Notes: generated from the letters alone by a model not told the origin. A DNA stretch of 32,000 nucleotides from Xylella taiwanensis (GCF_013177435.1 NZ_CP053627.1:1350001-1382000), one strand, 5' to 3'; shown: positions 1 to 9,403, counted from the stretch's first letter. A program made the numbers and translations.

Positions 1-243
1 GTGTTTGGCCTATTCGGCTTGGATCAACAGGCGATCGGTGTGTTGCTTGGCACCCAATGTCCGAACATATTGTTCCCTTATGTACGTTCGTTGGTTAGTG
101 ATCTGATCCAGGTAGGCGGCTTTCCACCATTCTATTTACAGCCGATTAATTTCGACGCCCTATATGCTGAAACCCTACGCCAAAGGGCTCAAAATGAAAA
201 GGAAGGTTCGCAGGTCACTTCCAAACCAGCTGGTAACGCTTAA
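1..243 (+). CDS. secB: Protein-export chaperone SecB, C-terminal 80 codons (5' end lies upstream of the window)
   Basis: The frame is open from base 1 to TAA at 241-243. The translation ...[39 protein letters not shown]... matches the conserved SecB C-terminal core as I recall it from E. coli (CPNILFPY...NFDALF). It ends in a polar/acidic tail. secB-gpsA adjacency is the usual gammaproteobacterial arrangement. Confidence 0.85.
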   Translation: MFGLFGLDQQAIGVLLGTQCPNILFPYVRSLVSDLIQVGGFPPFYLQPINFDALYAETLRQRAQNEKEGSQVTSKPAGNA

Positions 244-264
244 GTTTTGGTGCATGTTGCAAGG

Positions 265-1314
265 ATGAGCGATCCGAAGCAGAAAATCGCTGTTCTTGGT
301 GCCGGCTCTTGGGGAACTGCTCTTGCGGCATTAGTTGCTCGGCATACCTATCCGACCATATTGTGGGGCCGCGATGCGCAAGTTATACAGAGCATCGACA
401 TTAACCACCAAAACTTCCGTTACTTACCTGGGATTGTGCTTCCTCAGACGCTGCGTGCCACTACCGACTTGGCTGCAGCGATCTCAGGGGCTGACTGGAT
501 TTTGGTCGCAGTACCCTCTTATGCATTCACTGAAACTTTGTGGCGACTGGTTCCATTGCTCTCAATCGGTGTTGGTGTTGCTTGGGCAACCAAAGGTTTC
601 GAACCAGGATCTGGTCGTTTCCTGCACGAGGTGGCTCGCGAAATCCTTGGGCCGGATGTACCGTTAGCAGTAGTCACGGGCCCGTCCTTTGCTAAAGAAG
701 TTACCCAGGGTCTACCTACAGCGGTTACCGTACATGGTGAAGATACACGTTTTACCCAGATTGTGGCCAATACGATGCATGGTCCGATGTTCCGTGCCTA
801 TACCGGCAACGACGTGATTGGTGCTGAGCTTGGTGGGGCAATGAAGAATGTGCTGGCAGTAGCTACTGGCGTGGCTGACGGCATGCGGTTAGGCATGAAC
901 GCGCGTGCTGGCCTAATTACTCGTGGACTCAATGAGATGCTACGTTTGTCTGCGGCCATAGGTGCTCGACCGGAAACGCTCATGGGTTTGGCTGGTCTTG
1001 GCGATCTAGTACTGACTTGTACTGGTGACTTATCGCGTAACCGTCGCCTAGGCTTCGCTTTGGGGCGTGGACAAAGTCTGTCAGATGCGATACGTGAGAT
1101 TGGTCAAGTTGTTGAGTCTGTGCAGACCTCCGATGAGGTAATGCGCCAAGCTGAGCAGTATGGTATCGAATTGCCGATTTCCGAAGCGGTACGTGCTGTT
1201 CTACGTGAAGAAATAACCCCAGATGCTGGAATGAAAGCCCTGCTCGCACGCGAGCAGAAGCCAGAATACCTTGATATTCTGTTTAATATCCGAGATAGGC
1301 CGCCCCGTCTTTAA
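265..1314 (+). CDS. gpsA: NAD(P)H-dependent glycerol-3-phosphate dehydrogenase
   Basis: ORF 247..1314. An N-terminal Rossmann motif [14 protein letters not shown] is followed by [20 protein letters not shown] and [19 protein letters not shown], all typical GpsA blocks. ATG at 265 ([12 protein letters not shown]) is the preferred start. TTG at 247 is possible. Confidence 0.92.
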   Translation: MSDPKQKIAVLGAGSWGTALAALVARHTYPTILWGRDAQVIQSIDINHQNFRYLPGIVLPQTLRATTDLAAAISGADWILVAVPSYAFTETLWRLVPLLSIGVGVAWATKGFEPGSGRFLHEVAREILGPDVPLAVVTGPSFAKEVTQGLPTAVTVHGEDTRFTQIVANTMHGPMFRAYTGNDVIGAELGGAMKNVLAVATGVADGMRLGMNARAGLITRGLNEMLRLSAAIGARPETLMGLAGLGDLVLTCTGDLSRNRRLGFALGRGQSLSDAIREIGQVVESVQTSDEVMRQAEQYGIELPISEAVRAVLREEITPDAGMKALLAREQKPEYLDILFNIRDRPPRL

Positions 1315-1369
1315 GCTGCGATCAATGTCTCCACCGCCCATGGGGAAGGCATATATCGACTTTGCCTAA

Positions 1370-1401
1370 ATAAAAAAAGAAGCCCGATCCTTGGATCGGG
1401 G
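1370..1401 (-). terminator. Rho-independent terminator downstream of the minus-strand OMP gene (also sits after gpsA)
   Basis: Inverted repeat CCCGATCC (1383-1390) / GGATCGGG (1393-1400). On the minus strand the hairpin is followed by CTTCTTTTTTTA, seen as the A-run 1372-1378 on plus. It lies between the convergent gpsA and OMP genes. Confidence 0.7.
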
Positions 1402-1464
1402 CCTCTTCCTCAAAATGTGGCACGAGATAAAAACGTGCTTGTTGGTCAAGGGTCAGGATACTGT

Positions 1465-2037
1465 TTACCAGCTGAAACGTGGCCCGACTGACCATTCTTT
1501 GGCGCCTCCCTTGCCTAGTTTCATCTGGCCGTCCAGGGACCAATGTTGGTCGAACTTTGCTTGGCCACCAAGGAGACCATAGAACTGGCTGTCTGGTCTG
1601 ATTCCATTCTTTTTAAAGTATTTCTCATAGCCAGTTAAACCATATACTACTACATGATCACCAAATGCAGTGTTCAAACCAACTTCAGGATTAATACCGT
1701 TAAAATTGGGGTTTGAGCTGTTTTGATTAAGCCTTTTGTACGCTATGCGTGCTATAAGATCGGTGTGGTCAGCGATGGAATAATTATATCCCAAACCAAA
1801 CCGCCACTGTTGTTGCTTCAAATCGCTGCTACGGAACTTCTGCTTAGTGTAGTCACCGAACACACTCCAATTCGGATGAAAGGCAAAGGAGCCTTTTAAG
1901 GCCCAACCCTTGGCGTTTTCATCAGCTTTCGTCCTTACGTAGTCACCCTCGACGTAGTTATAAGACAAACCTTGAGCAGCCGAAGCAACGAAGGGAATAG
2001 AGGAGAGAAGGCCGAGAACCAAGAGGGAAGTCTTCAT
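1465..2037 (-). CDS. Ax21-family small beta-barrel outer membrane protein
   Basis: 190 aa with a signal peptide MKTSLLVLGLLSSIPFVASA. The body has alternating-hydrophobic beta-strand texture and a C-terminal aromatic end ...VGPRFSW. The mature N-terminus AQGLSYNYVEGDYVRTKA closely resembles the Xanthomonas Ax21 peptide AENLSYNFVEGDYVRTP as I recall it. Confidence 0.8.
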   Translation of the reverse strand: MKTSLLVLGLLSSIPFVASAAQGLSYNYVEGDYVRTKADENAKGWALKGSFAFHPNWSVFGDYTKQKFRSSDLKQQQWRFGLGYNYSIADHTDLIARIAYKRLNQNSSNPNFNGINPEVGLNTAFGDHVVVYGLTGYEKYFKKNGIRPDSQFYGLLGGQAKFDQHWSLDGQMKLGKGGAKEWSVGPRFSW

Positions 2038-4264
2038 ATTGATTACCTGTACTTTAAAAGTGATGTGACAACTTAAACTCTAGGGAGCGTTAGCACTTAA
2101 GTATGAATTGTCCATATATGTAACAGAATGATTACTGAATACACTAGTTGAAATAATATAAGTTGAAAATAATTAAGTCAAGTTTTGAGGGCGGGGGTAC
2201 CAACGCTAGATCTGTTGTTGTGTCAGATACTTTACTTGGTGTCTTGCTCTCAAGATTGCAAGAGCATCTACTACGTCTGAGATATTAAACAATTAAAATA
2301 TTAAGTAATGATGCCACGCATGGGGCTAGACTTTACTCTGCGCCTGCTTACTTTCCATCATCTTTAATAGCTATCGAGTTGACGGGCAACCGCTGTTGTT
2401 TAAAGTACTCAAAGCATTTGCGCATTTTTCAGGTTACAAGACGAATTGGCGTCCAAAGCTGAGTTGGGAAGGGGCATTGTGCAGCAAAGTCAAAGGATAT
2501 TTCACTTCGGGGATTATCGACAAGGTGCCGTCCTGATTGCTTCTAACAGTTAGCTAATCAGGGGGATCTGGAAAATTCAATGAATCAATCGTGTAGTTTT
2601 CCTGTCAGTTGTGAAAACGTAAGCTATCCAAGAATCAAAATAATCGGTAAGTGCATTTCTCAATTTCATAAGTCCAATGAGTTACTCCTAGGACTTCTCA
2701 GCAGCGACAGTCAGTTATTCGTCGTCGCACGAAATAACCACATTGTCCGTGTGGGGAATTGTTCTTCATGCTTGTCAAAAATGTCATTGGACATTCGGAA
2801 TACGCCATTCTTCCAGGAAACTGCCAGGGAGCCTGTCATGCATCAAAATGCTTAATGGGGATGTCAACAATCGGGAGTGTCTCAACAGAAGTAATGATGA
2901 AAACATCCAACCACTCTCGCTACATCGTTAATACTAATGATGATGAAGAATATCGTATTCCGACCTATCCAAATCATTTCGAGAAAGGCGAAGTTATCGA
3001 GTAAATGGTATGGGGGAAAGAGGTTGAAATGAAGGACTCGCCCGCGAGGAAGCACGTATATACCGCGCTTCGAGTTATTGAAACATATCATGGTCAATGG
3101 GAAGTGCTTTATCGCCTTGTGCTACCACTTTCTGGTTGGAGAGGGTCCCAAACCTGCCACATAATCCGCATAACCCGGAGGACGTGAACAGTTCTGCGAA
3201 TGATCACACATGTGATGCCACCTTCTACCAGATCACAGGCGCTGCTCATGGGCATGTTTGTCATGAGTACCTCGCCCGATATTGGCACCCGTGTCATCTA
3301 CGTTTTAAGAGGTTCGCGTCGCCTTACAATCCTGTCCTCGCACTGCAACTGTTCAACACCTAGCCACCTGCTGAGAAGCGGTGTAGGCCGCTTGCCGCCT
3401 GCATTCGTTGTACTTCACGTCACCTGCTTTGATGCTGAGTGATTCGAAGCGCGTGCAGTACCGAACCGACGGGGTAGGCTTGCTCGAACTGGCAACCACC
3501 GTAGTCATCACAGTTGCCACTGCCATCGGGGACATGTCTGATCGCATTTTCAGTAGCAGGTATGTAGGGCCATGTAGCACGTCTAGATCACGGCCAAGCT
3601 CAAGGGCGTCCTATTGACCAAGCACAACTCGCACGCAACCAATGACGAGTTCATCCATGGTAAGACCAACCCTATCGAGAATCTGATGAATCAGCTTGTC
3701 ACCTAGGTCATCGCCGCGGTAGACGAAGCATGAGAGGCACTATCTCCACGAAGGTCTTCCACCAGAAGCAGCAGGCGGAGCGCAATGCGATCGTTGCCAA
3801 GATGAAAAATGATTCGCCGTGGTTACTGACCGAATCGGGGCTTTCTAGTTGCCAAGCGTCACATCCACCTCGCGACGCCGAGCAATCCTGATCAATCAGC
3901 CCACCCTCAGCGTGTACGTGGAAGACACTGACGATGACAGCTAAAGGGGCAGAAGCGCCCAGTGGGAACTGTCCCATGCCAAGTGACGATGGCCCTGTAG
4001 TGGGTTGATCACGGTTACCGTGCTTGCATGTCCATGTAGGTGAAGGCCTGGTGAGCGCCCCAGGTTTACCTGGAATGACCTCGGGAATTCCAGCTCGATG
4101 AACGCACTTACTGCTTGCGGCACGCCGCCTCTGGGCGGATCGTCTCGCTGACCAGGCTCGAATCGCTGAACAGCCTTGTGGCCGGGCGCATCCAGACATT
4201 GCGCTGTGCTCCCTAATGGCCGAGAGTCCACGCTGGATCTTCCCAACGATCTAGATAAAGACGC

Positions 4265-4870
4265 ATGGCAAAGAAACTCCCTCACTCGATTCCTTATCAG
4301 TGCAGCAAGCGAATGTTAGCGCCGATGATCTATTCATTGTTGCCATCTGATATCGCATCGTTTTATGAACCTTTTGCGGGATGCGCGGTAATGAGGGTGC
4401 TCGTGGCACATCATGGGGTCATCAAACGGTATGTCTTGGGCTGTAATTATTGAGCAGCCTTCCAACACCGTAAAAAAGTATGTGCAGCTTTGGCGAGGTC
4501 AAGCAATCGTTTCAACGGACTATTTCAAATGAGAAGGACCCGGTTGATTATTTGTATCTGATTTGTCGTTGCGTCAAGAACGTGGTGCGTTTCAATGGGG
4601 AGGGCGGTTCACCCCATCGCATGACAAGCGCTGATTGGGAATGGAGCCATATAAAATGGCTGGAGCAATCGAGGAGGCATCAGCCCTGCTTCGCAGCAAG
4701 ACGAACTTTCGGAAAGGGGGGGGCGCTGGAAACTACTTTCGAGGCGACACCACGTTACTTCTATGGATCCGCCTTACATGGGTACAAGCATTGGGCGCGA
4801 TAGGCGGTATCATCAGCAGCTTGTGCCTGATGATCTGATCGCTATACGACCGATGATCAGCGCTTCTTTG
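4265..4870 (+). pseudogene. Decayed D12-class (Dam-like) N6-adenine DNA methyltransferase, split over at least 3 frames
   Basis: Frame 2 (4265-4453) reads IPYQCSKRMLAPMIYSLLP...FYEPFAGCAVM. This is the YxGxK plus EPFxG AdoMet motif, and it stops at 4451-4453. Frame 1 (4480-4803) has YLYLICRCVKNVVRFNGEGG, an FN-type motif. Frame 2 again (4763 on) has MDPPYMG, the catalytic DPPY at 4766-4777. No single frame spans these motifs. Confidence 0.6.
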
Positions 4871-5047
4871 AAAGCCTTTGAGAGTGCTTTGCGTCCGCCG
4901 ATTCATTCAGTTTTAATGTTTGTGGGATCGCCGAAGCGATACGAAGTTGTAATCACTTGCTGTTTTCGGGCGCTTGTTTCGTCACCTTCTCGCAAAGACC
5001 GAGGATACGAAGGTCTATTCCAATTTTCTCTCGAACCGAGGGTGTGT

Positions 5048-5294
5048 ATGCCTAAGAGAGTTGGTGAAGGTTTCCTACCTACTGCCGAAGCAGTGCTAAA
5101 GCGTGCTGGCAAGCCTTTGCGGGTGCGAGACATTGTCGAGCGTGCCGTAGGCTGCAGGAAGCTTAGATAATACAGGCAGCACACTGGATAACACCCTATC
5201 TGTGCCCTTGCCGCGCAACATCACTTGGCTGTGGACTGCTTCCAAGTTCAAGAAGGTTGGTCCAGGTCTCTATCAGCTCCAAGGTCGGAACTAG
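5048..5294 (+). pseudogene. HARE-HTH-like winged-helix domain broken by a stop/frameshift (possibly the former C-terminus of the methyltransferase)
   Basis: MPKRVGEGFLPTAEAVLKRAGKPLRVRDIVERAV... runs from 5048 and stops at TAA 5168-5170. The +1 frame from 5175 continues GSTLDNTLSVPLPRNITWLWTASKFKKVGPGLYQLQ to TAG 5292-5294. Joined, the two halves fit the HARE-HTH pattern (short N-terminal helix, G.PL....I, then T....L........F.KVG.G.Y.L), recalled from memory. Confidence 0.4.
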
Positions 5295-5583
5295 GTGTAG
5301 CTCTTTGCGGCCTTCGCAGGTGGCGTGAATCAGGTGAGTATTGCCTATCGACTGCCAGGGTGCACTCCAGAACCATCCCTCATTCAGGCGGGGCCTCATT
5401 GCAAAGTGGGCAGTTCCCTTGCTGCTCCTTCATCTTGAGTGATTTTAAGCGCTGCTGGACCATCGGCTTGTTGCACCCATCATGCATCAGATCTTTGTAG
5501 ATCTTGCTGCGGTAGGCAAAGAGTAATTCCTTAGTCAGTCTACAAGCCTCACCTGTACGCTTTGCGTTGTACCGGACAGCCAA
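5196..5583 (-). pseudogene. Possible HNH/endonuclease-VII-like relic in two frames
   Basis: ORF c5380..5583 ends ...QQGNCPLCNEAPPE. The adjacent ORF c5196..5399, in another frame, contains ...SAPWQSIGNTHLIHATCEGRKE. Together they loosely resemble the Cys-pair plus P...GG...N..L.H..C...K layout of HNH nucleases. The assignment is weak and motif-level only. Confidence 0.25.
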
Positions 5584-5670
5584 AATGCCCTAATCCACCT
5601 ACTTAGCCATGTTGTCCCTACGATGGTGGGTGATGCTCTTCTAGCTGTACGGTGTCGCAACGTGCTGCAA

Positions 5671-5706
5671 TTAGATAATAAAAAGGCCACCTCGACGGGT
5701 GGCCTT
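5671..5706 (-). terminator. Rho-independent terminator following tRNA-Ser
   Basis: Stem AAGGCCACC (5683-5691) / GGTGGCCTT (5698-5706) with a 6-nt loop. On the minus strand it is followed by TTTTATTATC, about 20 nt after the tRNA 3' end. Confidence 0.8.
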
Positions 5707-5726
5707 CTTGCAACATGTTGGATAAA

Positions 5727-5819
5727 TGGCGGAGAGAGGGGGATTCGAACCCCCGAAGCGCGGTTTAGACGCTTACACACTTTCCAGGCGTGCTCCTTAA
5801 ACCACTCGGACACCTCTCC
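5727..5819 (-). tRNA. tRNA-Ser, anticodon GGA, long variable arm, encoded CCA
   Basis: The minus strand reads GGAGAGGTGTCCGAGTGGTTTAAGGAGCACGCCTGGAAAGTGTGTAAGCGTCTAAACCGCGCTTCGGGGGTTCGAATCCCCCTCTCTCCGCCA. The 7-bp acceptor stem is GGAGAGG/CCTCTCC. The anticodon stem CACGC/GTGTG carries loop CT-GGA-AA. There is a long variable arm, and the T arm is GGGGG-TTCGAAT-CCCCC. Confidence 0.95.
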
Positions 5820-5965
5820 TGAATTTTCACCAAGCACAGTGACTTGGATTATTTAAAGGGCAAATCTTAGCTTCGCTTAGTATTCTTCACAAGTTCAATT
5901 GCACCATATATGGCCCCTGCAGCCGAGCATGTCACAATAGCAATTTAGATGAAGATGATCCCCTA

Positions 5966-7858
5966 ATGTCCTATCTTGTTCTTGCTCGCAAGTGGCGTCC
6001 CAAGCGGTTTGCCGAGCTGGTGGGCCAAGAGCATGTGGTCCGTGCGCTGAGTAATGCGTTGGAAAGTGGCCGTGTCCATCACGCATTCCTATTTACTGGT
6101 ACCCGTGGTGTGGGCAAGACGACTATTGCGCGTATCTTTGCTAAATCACTGAACTGCGAGCAGGGCACGAGTGCCGATCCATGTGGCCAGTGTACAGCTT
6201 GTTTGGACATTGATGCTGGCCGCTATATCGACTTGCTGGAGATCGACGCTGCCTCCAATACTGGTGTGGATGATGTGCGCGAGATGATAGAAAACGCGCA
6301 ATACATGCCCACCAGAGGTAAGTTCAAGGTCTATCTGATCGACGAGGTGCATATGCTCTCTAAAGCAGCGTTTAACGCGCTGCTCAAGACGCTGGAGGAG
6401 CCACCACCGCACGTGAAATTCCTGCTGGCAACGACTGATCCTCAGAAGCTACCTGTGACCGTATTGTCTCGCTGTTTGCAGTTCAACCTAAAGCGCTTGG
6501 ACGAGGAACAGATCCACGGTCAAATAAGCAAGATCCTGACCGCTGAGCGGATTGCAGCAGATCAAGGTGCGATCGCACAGCTGGCCAAGGCCGCTGACGG
6601 TTCATTACGTGATGGTCTTTCTTTGTTAGACCAGGCGATTGCTTATGCTGGGGGGGCGTTGCGCGAGGATGTAGTACGGACCATGCTCGGTACGGTGGAT
6701 CGTACTCAGATTGATGTGATGTTGGCTGCGTTAACTGCCGGTGACGGTGAGCGAGTGTTACAGGTGGTGGCAACATTAGCTGAGTTTTCGCCAGACTGGG
6801 GCGGGGTGCTGGATGCCCTGGCTGAAGCCTTGCACATGATTCAAGTACGGCAACTGGTGCCTTCGGTGGCGTTTGCAGGGCACACATTGAACGTGGCTCC
6901 ATTTGCTGAACAAACACAGCCGGAGATCGTACAACTTTGGTACCAGATGACCATCAACGGACGCCGTGACTTACATTTGGCACCAAGTCCGCGTGTGGGA
7001 TTTGAGATGACAGTGCTGCGGATGCTCGCGTTCCGACCTGTTCCGGCAGTCGCACCGGGTATGGTGTTGACTGATGGGCCGGGTATTAGCGCCGTTACAG
7101 TGACGTCTAGTGGCAGTGACGCACATGGAGCCGCCGTGTATGCGATGTCCGAATCCCGTTCTGATCTCCCACCGCTTGCGGTTGCTCCACCTCCAAGGGG
7201 CGATGATGACATTCGTGTGGCTCAGTCGAACACAGCGACAGTAGCGATGATGCCCGTGGAAAATCCACTGCTGTATCAGCTCGACGATGTGTTGGTGCTG
7301 ACCAAGCCGACTATACTTCCCTCTTCTGAGGGAACGATAGAACGCGTCCCACTGGCAACGATTCCTGAGCAATCGAATCCAGATCATGTCGCTGTGCCAA
7401 TGATGCATGCCTTGTTGCCTCACTCGTCTTCCATCGAAGTCGATGAAGCTGGTTCTTGTGATGGGAATATCACTGATGTTGGACAATGGCTTGCGTTGGT
7501 CGAGCGCATTGGGTTGAGTGGTCCGTCTAAGCAATTGGCTGCTCATGCCGCTTTTGTCTCTCATGAGGACAACGTCCTGCGTTTGGCGCTGGCTCCGGAG
7601 TTTGAATATCTGCAGTCGACACGTTCTGTGACGGATTTGATCCAAGCACTGACTCGGTTGCTGGGTCAGGCACCTAAAGTACAGATCGAAACCAGAAACA
7701 TTCAAGTCGAAACCCTGCATGAGCGCACCCATCGTCAGAAGAGTGAGCGTCAGCGGGTGGCCGAAGAAGCTTTCATGAGCGATCATGTAGTGCAGCATCT
7801 GATCCATCAGCATGCTGCCAAGGTTGTTACCGATTCCATACGTCCTTACGATGAGTAG
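5966..7858 (+). CDS. dnaX: DNA polymerase III subunits gamma/tau
   Basis: 630 aa. The N-terminus reads MSYLVLARKWRPKRFAELVGQEHV. Walker A is GTRGVGKTT, the zinc module is CGQCTACLDI, Walker B is LIDEVHML and sensor motifs SRCLQF follow. A divergent low-complexity linker precedes a tau-type C-terminal domain. Confidence 0.95.
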   Translation: MSYLVLARKWRPKRFAELVGQEHVVRALSNALESGRVHHAFLFTGTRGVGKTTIARIFAKSLNCEQGTSADPCGQCTACLDIDAGRYIDLLEIDAASNTGVDDVREMIENAQYMPTRGKFKVYLIDEVHMLSKAAFNALLKTLEEPPPHVKFLLATTDPQKLPVTVLSRCLQFNLKRLDEEQIHGQISKILTAERIAADQGAIAQLAKAADGSLRDGLSLLDQAIAYAGGALREDVVRTMLGTVDRTQIDVMLAALTAGDGERVLQVVATLAEFSPDWGGVLDALAEALHMIQVRQLVPSVAFAGHTLNVAPFAEQTQPEIVQLWYQMTINGRRDLHLAPSPRVGFEMTVLRMLAFRPVPAVAPGMVLTDGPGISAVTVTSSGSDAHGAAVYAMSESRSDLPPLAVAPPPRGDDDIRVAQSNTATVAMMPVENPLLYQLDDVLVLTKPTILPSSEGTIERVPLATIPEQSNPDHVAVPMMHALLPHSSSIEVDEAGSCDGNITDVGQWLALVERIGLSGPSKQLAAHAAFVSHEDNVLRLALAPEFEYLQSTRSVTDLIQALTRLLGQAPKVQIETRNIQVETLHERTHRQKSERQRVAEEAFMSDHVVQHLIHQHAAKVVTDSIRPYDE

Positions 7859-7861
7859 CTA

Positions 7862-8185
7862 ATGATGCGAGGCAATATTGCCCAATTGATGCAGCAGGCA
7901 CAGAAGATGCAGGAGAATCTGCAGCGTGCCCAAGAAGAACTAGCCAAGTTGGAGGTTACTGGCAGCGCAGGTGGTGGTATGGTGAGCGTGATCCTCAGCG
8001 GTACTAAAGAGTGTCGCAAAGTACGTATCGATCCCAGCATATTGGCCGATCACGAAATGATTGAAGATTTGATCACTGCCGCGTTCAATGATGCTTCCAA
8101 CAAGGTGGATACTGAATCCAAGGCAAGAATGGGTTCAGCCACTCTTGGCATGTCGCTTCCGCCTGGCTTCAAGCTGCCGTTCTGA
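7862..8185 (+). CDS. ybaB: YbaB/EbfC family nucleoid-associated protein
   Basis: 107 aa reading MMRGNIAQLMQQAQKMQENLQRAQEELAKLEVTGSAGGGMVSVILSG..., the canonical YbaB sequence texture. It starts 3 nt after the dnaX stop, and the order dnaX-ybaB-recR is conserved. Confidence 0.93.
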   Translation: MMRGNIAQLMQQAQKMQENLQRAQEELAKLEVTGSAGGGMVSVILSGTKECRKVRIDPSILADHEMIEDLITAAFNDASNKVDTESKARMGSATLGMSLPPGFKLPF

Positions 8186-8370
8186 GCGTGCTTGACAGGA
8201 TGACCACGCAGTGGATGGTGAATGAACCTACGGCGCAGATCCGTTGTCTCGGAAGGCATTGGACGATTTGTGACGTTGTATTGTGAACGGTGCATTGTAC
8301 TTGACAGTGTTTGCCCGGTTGATTGTTGGCTTGATTGGCGAGGTATCAGGCTTGGTATCGTAGACACGTT

Positions 8371-8967
8371 ATGCATACATATTTGCTTGAGCAATTAATC
8401 GGTGCCTTCCGCATCTTGCCAGGTGTCGGTCAGAAGACCGCCCAGCGTATGGCCTACCATGTGCTCGAGCGTGAACGTGAAGGCGGTCGTCACTTGGCCG
8501 ATGTTTTGGGCCGTGCGATTGAGCAAATTGGTCATTGTACGGAGTGCCGTGACTTCAGTGAGACCAAGATCTGTGCGATCTGTGCTAGCTCCAGCCGTGA
8601 TCGCCAGCAGCTATGCGTAGTCGAGTCGCCGGCTGACCGGCTGGCGATTGAGCACGCCACTGGCTATCGCGGGCTTTATTTTATTTTGCAGGGGCGGCTG
8701 TCTCCTCTGGATGGGATCGGCCCGCACGAACTTGGGCTGGACCGTTTAGGTCAACGTCTTGCCGCCGGTGAGGTCACCGAGCTGATCATTGCTACTAATG
8801 CGACGGTGGAAGGTGAGACGACAGCGCACTACTTGGCGCTCCTGGCACGTCAGCATGGCGTACGCCCCAGCCGGCTGGCGCAAGGCTTGCCGTTGGGTGG
8901 GGAACTGGAATACTTAGACCGTGGCACCCTTTCACATGCGTTTGGCACCCGTAATGAAGTGGTCTGA
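8371..8967 (+). CDS. recR: Recombination protein RecR
   Basis: From ATG 8371 the sequence is MHTYLLEQLIGAFRILPGVGQKTAQRMAYHVL (HhH). A Cys4 zinc finger CTECRDFSETKICAICAS follows, then the Toprim block LCVVESPADRLAIE and C-terminal GGELEYLD. The longer ORF from 8335 adds 12 non-conserved residues. Confidence 0.93.
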   Translation: MHTYLLEQLIGAFRILPGVGQKTAQRMAYHVLEREREGGRHLADVLGRAIEQIGHCTECRDFSETKICAICASSSRDRQQLCVVESPADRLAIEHATGYRGLYFILQGRLSPLDGIGPHELGLDRLGQRLAAGEVTELIIATNATVEGETTAHYLALLARQHGVRPSRLAQGLPLGGELEYLDRGTLSHAFGTRNEVV

Positions 8968-9043
8968 ACAGTGATGCGGAACGCCAAACCAAAGCGTGCT
9001 GACCCGCTAAGCTTGGTGTATCCCCATTTCTGTGAGTGTGTGT

Positions 9044-9388
9044 ATGTCTGCTGAGACTATCTTCGCTAAGATTATCAGTCGCGAAGTTCCTGCCACGATT
9101 GTCTACGAAGATGAGGAGGTACTGGGCTTTAAGGACATCATGCCGCGAGCCCCGGTGCATGTATTGTTTATTCCAAAGCGGGAGATGATCCCGACCCTGG
9201 ACGATGTGCGGCCAGAGCAAGGTCCATTGATTGGCAAGCTCGTGTTAGCTGCAGCTGAATATGCCAGGCACGAAGGCTTTGCGCAGGATGGGTACCGTAT
9301 CGTGATGAATTGTCGAGAGCATGGTGGGCAGACCGTGTTCCACATCCACCTGCACCTGCTTGCTGGCGCACCCTTGGGAATGTGGTGA
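9044..9388 (+). CDS. HIT-family (HinT-like) nucleotide hydrolase
   Basis: The N-terminus is MSAETIFAKIISREVPATIVYEDEEVLGFKDI.P.APVHVLFIPK. The histidine triad is HIHLHLL near the C-terminus. Confidence 0.9.
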   Translation: MSAETIFAKIISREVPATIVYEDEEVLGFKDIMPRAPVHVLFIPKREMIPTLDDVRPEQGPLIGKLVLAAAEYARHEGFAQDGYRIVMNCREHGGQTVFHIHLHLLAGAPLGMW

Positions 9389-9403
9389 TGCTATTTGAAA
9401 TAT

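Noticed and set aside
3438-3452. A possible att-type direct repeat of the tRNA-Ser 3' region. GATTCGAAGCGCG at 3438-3452 and GGGGATT..CGA at about 2508-2520 resemble GGGGATTCGAACCCCCGAAGCGCG of the tRNA gene.
   Set aside because: The matches are 7-13 nt with gaps, which is within chance expectation for 3.7 kb. They are not usable as island boundaries without comparative data.
2580-3617. A set of 60-90-codon ORFs in the AT-rich part of the island (2580..2855, 2759..3004, 3005..3187, 3097..3363, 3200..3442, c3353..3580, 3408..3617).
   Set aside because: They overlap one another in different frames. None has a recognisable motif, signal or convincing RBS. They were treated collectively as decayed sequence rather than called as genes.
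5820-5965. An SRP (4.5S) RNA or other ncRNA between tRNA-Ser and dnaX. SRP RNA lies upstream of dnaX in some bacteria.
   Set aside because: There is no GGAAGCAGCC-type domain IV motif or matching helix. The interval looks like a plain promoter or leader region.
6971-7813. A 280-codon minus-strand ORF inside dnaX, plus similar antisense ORFs elsewhere: 25277..25900 (+) over leuA/tdcB, 28472..29146 (+) over ilvG/ilvC, 12181..12699 (+) over DUF58 and 17273..17716 (-) over fabH.
   Set aside because: Each lies wholly antisense to a gene with strong motif support. Each has Arg/Ser/Cys/His-rich low-information composition and lacks a start context. These are typical shadow ORFs of GC-rich coding DNA.
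5966-7858. A programmed -1 ribosomal frameshift site in dnaX, as in E. coli (A AAA AAG plus hairpin) producing the gamma subunit.
   Set aside because: I found no AAAAAAG-type slippery heptamer in the ORF by eye. The gamma/tau question cannot be settled from this sequence.
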